In this document: piece after piece, positions 59,975 to 64,000 of the stretch
Layout of the letters: each line of letters starts with the position of its first letter
How positions within the stretch are numbered: the first letter of the stretch is position 1
NCBI GenBank assembly: GCA_026416095.1
Contig: JAOAFV010000013.1
Location: forward strand, 1,998 to 65,997
Length of the DNA stretch: 64,000 nt
Direction: 5' to 3'
Origin: Bacteroidales bacterium
Lineage (GTDB): Bacteria; Bacteroidota; Bacteroidia; Bacteroidales; GWA2-32-17
The notes under the pieces: generated by a model
Database searches by the model: none
Told to the model about the DNA's origin: nothing
What the model saw: the letters and a program-made list of their open reading frames with translations, nothing else
Position numbers and translations under genes: made by a program

Positions 59975-60469
59975 ATGAGTAAAGTTTGCGAATGTGTTTA
60001 CAAATGTAATAAAATTATTAATAAAATTTTTTTAAAAATTATTGTTTTAATTTTTCTAATGCCCATAACTACAAAGGGGCAAAAACGCCCATCGCAATAT
60101 TCTATCGATCATGTAAAACCAAGTACCGAAAATAGAATAAAATTTAATTTTCCAACAAAAGAAGAGCGAGAAATAAGAAAATTACAACGTAAAGAAAAAA
60201 AGAAACAGCGCGAGGCGCAAAAAGCCCAAAAGTTACAAGAAAAATTAAAAAAACAATACTGGAAAACCTACAATAAATCTAATGAAATTGGCACAAATCA
60301 AAGTGTATATAAGAGAATGAAAAAAAATCAACGAAAAGCCGAAAAAATTCAGCATAATAAGCCTGTTGAGAATTTTTTTGTAAGAATGTCAAGAAAAAAA
60401 ATTAAATTGCCAAAAATTTCAATAACAAAACTTGAATGGCCATGGAAGAAAAAACAATCAAAATATTAA
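59975..60469 (+). CDS. Lys/Arg-rich hypothetical exported protein
   Basis: Hydrophobic stretch followed by a highly basic coiled coil; start uncertain. Confidence 0.55.
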   Translation: MSKVCECVYKCNKIINKIFLKIIVLIFLMPITTKGQKRPSQYSIDHVKPSTENRIKFNFPTKEEREIRKLQRKEKKKQREAQKAQKLQEKLKKQYWKTYNKSNEIGTNQSVYKRMKKNQRKAEKIQHNKPVENFFVRMSRKKIKLPKISITKLEWPWKKKQSKY

Positions 60470-60825
60470 TTTGGACAATCGTAATTATATTGTACTTTGT
60501 GTTAAGTGCATATAGTAAAAAAAAGAAAGTCGAACAATCGCAAATTCCTCCTACTAACCGGAAAAATACTAAAGAGCATGAGAAAGAAAAAACTCCTGAA
60601 GAAGAATATGTTAAACAGGAAGTACATCGGCCAATAAGTAACAATGAATTCGAAGAAACCGATACTCTAGAAAAAATTATTAATGAGAATGAAGATCGAA
60701 ACGTTCTTGGAAACTTTAAAGTAACCGAAACAAAATACGAAGAAAAATATAAACCTATATTCACTAAGTCGGATCTAATAAAATCAATTATACTTTCCGA
60801 CATAATTAAACCAAAATATTTTTGA
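60442..60825 (+). CDS. Small single-TM hypothetical protein
   Basis: N-terminal TM, charged linker, C-terminal DLIKSIILSDIIKPKY motif. Confidence 0.65.
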   Translation: MEEKTIKILIWTIVIILYFVLSAYSKKKKVEQSQIPPTNRKNTKEHEKEKTPEEEYVKQEVHRPISNNEFEETDTLEKIINENEDRNVLGNFKVTETKYEEKYKPIFTKSDLIKSIILSDIIKPKYF

Positions 60826-60826
60826 A

Positions 60827-61486
60827 ATGAATGAAATAATTCAGAACATTGTTTTTGATTTAGGCGGTGTAATAATCGACGTTGATATTGATAAATCGAT
60901 AAATTTATTTTATGCTTATGGCTTTAATAATATAAGAGAAGAATTAGCTACCAATTCTGAATTGAAATTTATTATAGAAAATTATGAATTAGGGTTAATA
61001 AGTGAAGAGCTATTCTTGAATTTTATGAGATCTAAATGTAGTAAAAATCCAACTTTAGCCCAAGTACAAAACGCATGGAATTCGATGATAAAACCTATTA
61101 AAAAAGAGATTTTTAATTTATTAGTAAAATTAAAAGAAAAGTACAATTTATATGTACTGAGTAATACAAACTCATTACATTATAAAGTATATTCAAAAGA
61201 TTTTATAGATAATCTTAACGTAAATTTTAAGGAATTTTTTAACCAATGTTTTTTATCGTTCGAAATAAACTTACGAAAGCCCGATTTGAAAATATTTCAA
61301 TATGTAATCGAAAAAGCTAAAATAAATTCTTTCGAAACTTTATTTGTTGATGATATAGACAAAAATATTGAAACTGCAAAACAAGCTGGATTCAAGACTC
61401 TTCTTATTAAAAAAGATTTAATTTCTGAACTTGAAGATTATTTTGGAGTAGAATATCGTTTAGGTACTTTTACCGAAAAGAAATGA
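60827..61486 (+). CDS. HAD-family phosphatase (YihX-like)
   Basis: VFDLGGVIID, LSNTN, RKPD..IF, FVDD..KN. Confidence 0.92.
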   Translation: MNEIIQNIVFDLGGVIIDVDIDKSINLFYAYGFNNIREELATNSELKFIIENYELGLISEELFLNFMRSKCSKNPTLAQVQNAWNSMIKPIKKEIFNLLVKLKEKYNLYVLSNTNSLHYKVYSKDFIDNLNVNFKEFFNQCFLSFEINLRKPDLKIFQYVIEKAKINSFETLFVDDIDKNIETAKQAGFKTLLIKKDLISELEDYFGVEYRLGTFTEKK

Positions 61487-63474
61487 GAAAAAATAGCTTT
61501 TTTACCTTTAAGAACTTTATATTAATACTTGCTTTCTCTTTTATTTTGTATGGAAATACAGTAACTCACTCATATAACCTAGATGACTATTTTGTTATAA
61601 GAGAGAACAAACAAGTATTGAAAGGCATCTCGGCTATACCACAAATATTTTCTTCGAACTACTTCGAAAATTCGCAAGTTAAATTTGGTTATCGTCCTGT
61701 TACAAAGGCAATATTTGCACTTGAAGTTAGTATTTTTGGTAATAATGTTGCTGTTCATCATTTTTTCAATGTTTTTTACTATGCCTTGCTTTGCTTTTTA
61801 ATGCTTATTTTGTTGAGCAAAATATTTGTGGGCTACGCTAAACTTTATATATGGGCAATTCTTATATTTTGGATGTTTCATCCAATTCATACTGAAGTTG
61901 TTAATAGCTTAAAAAATAGAGAAGAAATTATTTATATTATTTTTTCAATTATTTCTATTCTTAACTTTATCAAATATCTTGATAAAGATAAAATATTAAA
62001 CTTGGTTTTAGGTTTATTTTTCTTTATTTTATCTTATCTTACAAAAGAAAGTGCAATATCTTTTTCATTATCCTTACCATTAATACTTACATTTATAGTT
62101 CTTAACGAGAAAAAAGTTTCGTTTAAAATTACTACTTTTAGATATGAGCTTTTAGAGATTCTTAAAAATAAATATATTTTTAAAATATTAATAATTTCAT
62201 TGTCTGTACTAATCTTAACTTATGCATTGTATAAGCTTCCAAAAATATTGTTCCCAATTGAAAAAATAGATTTGCTGGAATTTGAAAACCCTTTACATAC
62301 TAATCCGAGTATAACATTGAAACTATCGCTTGTTATGTATTCTCTTATTTTTTATTTAAAAATGTTTGTTTTTCCTTATCCTTTGCTTTTTTATTACGGG
62401 TTATATAAAGTTCCAAAATTACATTTTACAGATTTTATAATTGTTGTGTCGATTTTTATAAATGCATTTATTTTATTTTTGTGCATTCGATATTGGAAAA
62501 AGTATAAGGAATCTGTTTTTGGAATATTACTTTTTTATTTAATGATTTTTCCTTTTATTAATTACTTAATACCAATAAATGGGATTGTTGCAGAACGTTT
62601 TTTAAATGCTCCTTCTTTAGGCTTGTCTATTGCTTTTGTTAGTTTATTAATGAAAAAATCGAATTTATTGAATAATAATTCTATCAAAAAAATAAAAAAC
62701 TCATTAAAGTTTATTTATATTTTTGTTATTCTAATTTTTACCATTATTACATGGAATAGAAATAAACATTGGAAAGATGAAATAACCTTGTATTCTCACG
62801 ATATAAATTATTTAGAAAATTCAGTTAAAGCAAACGATATTTTAGCTCAAGTAATTATGGACAGGGTAGTAAAAAATGCCAACGCGAATAAAACAACACC
62901 TTTTTTAAAAGAGTCGTTAGACAGTGCGATAAGATACTGGAAGCAGTCGCTAAAACTTTATCCTTTCAATGCTAAAGCTTATAATAACATAGCAAATATC
63001 TACTTAAATTTTTATAAGAATATAGATTCTACTTTATTTTATCTTAATAAAGGTTATGAAATAAATCCAAAGTCTTTTCATATTAATTTTAATATCGGGT
63101 ATTGCTATGAAATTCTAAAAAAAGACTCTATTGCTATAAAATATTATAAAAAAGCATTAAAAATAGATAGTATTAACTACTTAGCATGGATATATACAAT
63201 TAACACATATTTTAGACTAAATTGGAACGACTCTGCTTTTTTATATGCAAAAAAAATGTTAGAAAAATATCCTGAATCAGACTTTCCATATTCAAGTATT
63301 GGTTATTATTATTTTTTAAAAAACGACACATTAACTGCTTTACAATATTGGGAAAAATCCTTTAAAATTAATCCTAACAATCAGCAAAGAGCATTGAGCT
63401 TATATAAATATTTCTTAAAAAAAGGCGATTCAGTTAAAGCTAACTATTATTATAAGTTTGTTACTGGAAGATAA
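61483..63474 (+). CDS. TMTC-like (GT-C fold) membrane glycosyltransferase with C-terminal TPRs
   Basis: LDD..VI..N, YRP, HPIHTEVV, KE, AERFL..PS, RN..WKDE.TL, followed by TPR repeats. Confidence 0.8.
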   Translation: MRKNSFFTFKNFILILAFSFILYGNTVTHSYNLDDYFVIRENKQVLKGISAIPQIFSSNYFENSQVKFGYRPVTKAIFALEVSIFGNNVAVHHFFNVFYYALLCFLMLILLSKIFVGYAKLYIWAILIFWMFHPIHTEVVNSLKNREEIIYIIFSIISILNFIKYLDKDKILNLVLGLFFFILSYLTKESAISFSLSLPLILTFIVLNEKKVSFKITTFRYELLEILKNKYIFKILIISLSVLILTYALYKLPKILFPIEKIDLLEFENPLHTNPSITLKLSLVMYSLIFYLKMFVFPYPLLFYYGLYKVPKLHFTDFIIVVSIFINAFILFLCIRYWKKYKESVFGILLFYLMIFPFINYLIPINGIVAERFLNAPSLGLSIAFVSLLMKKSNLLNNNSIKKIKNSLKFIYIFVILIFTIITWNRNKHWKDEITLYSHDINYLENSVKANDILAQVIMDRVVKNANANKTTPFLKESLDSAIRYWKQSLKLYPFNAKAYNNIANIYLNFYKNIDSTLFYLNKGYEINPKSFHINFNIGYCYEILKKDSIAIKYYKKALKIDSINYLAWIYTINTYFRLNWNDSAFLYAKKMLEKYPESDFPYSSIGYYYFLKNDTLTALQYWEKSFKINPNNQQRALSLYKYFLKKGDSVKANYYYKFVTGR

Positions 63475-63544
63475 AACTTTTTAAGCTAATAAGAACTTTT
63501 AAAAGTTACTTTTTTTACCTAATTTTACCACAAAATATTTTTCT

Positions 63545-64000
63545 ATGAAGGCTTTAAATTTTTTGATTTTAATTTTGTTATATCCTTTTTTACTAATAGG
63601 GCAAAGGGTTGATAAATATGCTCAAGATGGAGTAATTTATTTCAAGTTTAAGGATAATGTTCCTTTGATTTATAAAACAAAAGCAGGAAAAATTTCAGTC
63701 GACAAAATACCTGTATTAGACAAGATTAAGGAAAAATATGGTATAAAATCTGTTGCAAATACTTTTTGGCAAGCAACAGATTCTAGGCTTCATAGAATTT
63801 TCAGAGTAGAATTTGATAGCATATACAAAGTAGAGCTATTAATAAAAGAACTTTCAGAAAACGATGAAATACAATATGCCGAAAAAGCACCATATTTTAG
63901 AATATCTTTTACCCCAAACGATTATTCTTCAGATGCTGGTAGAGTATGGCATTTAGAGAAAATTAAGGCTAAGCAAGCTTGGGATATAACGCAGGGAAAT
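63545..64000 (+). CDS. S8 (subtilisin-like) serine peptidase, N-terminal part; runs off the window (absent from ORF track)
   Basis: My translation: MKALNFLIL...DGVIYFKFK...IQYAEKAPY...TPND...WHLEKIKAKQAWDITQG, i.e. signal peptide, prodomain and the start of a mature subtilase. Confidence 0.82.
   Translation, partial: MKALNFLILILLYPFLLIGQRVDKYAQDGVIYFKFKDNVPLIYKTKAGKISVDKIPVLDKIKEKYGIKSVANTFWQATDSRLHRIFRVEFDSIYKVELLIKELSENDEIQYAEKAPYFRISFTPNDYSSDAGRVWHLEKIKAKQAWDITQGN

Overview
Very AT-rich chromosomal segment from a Bacteroidota (probably Bacteroidales-like) genome. The assignment rests on TAnnTTTG promoter motifs and typical gene clusters: MurF-Alr fusion, thrS-infC-rpmI-rplT-dapB-lepB-lepB'-wbqC, ileS-dksA, and glgA'-DUF4270-glmS-bamD-rpoZ-coaBC-DUF4835-recN. 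Most of the window is housekeeping and envelope genes. Unusual signal is concentrated in the long intergenic gaps and a few proteins: (1) an orphan single-spacer CRISPR mini-array between thrS and ileS (30-bp repeats, 36-bp spacer that itself looks like a Bacteroidota promoter); (2) two copies of a ~111-bp MITE with IS5/IS1106-like TIRs, one abutting a response-regulator stump; (3) weak attC-like remnants; (4) a nested RNA hairpin between rpmI and rplT that may be an L20 autoregulatory element; (5) a signal-peptidase paralogue lacking both catalytic residues; (6) a propeller-transglutaminase protein, a TMTC-like glycosyltransferase and an OmpA protein with an FBXL4-like N-terminal domain; (7) a doubly frameshifted ABC permease. 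I saw no rRNA, tRNA, cas, transposase or integrase genes. All family calls come from motif recognition by eye, not database searches.
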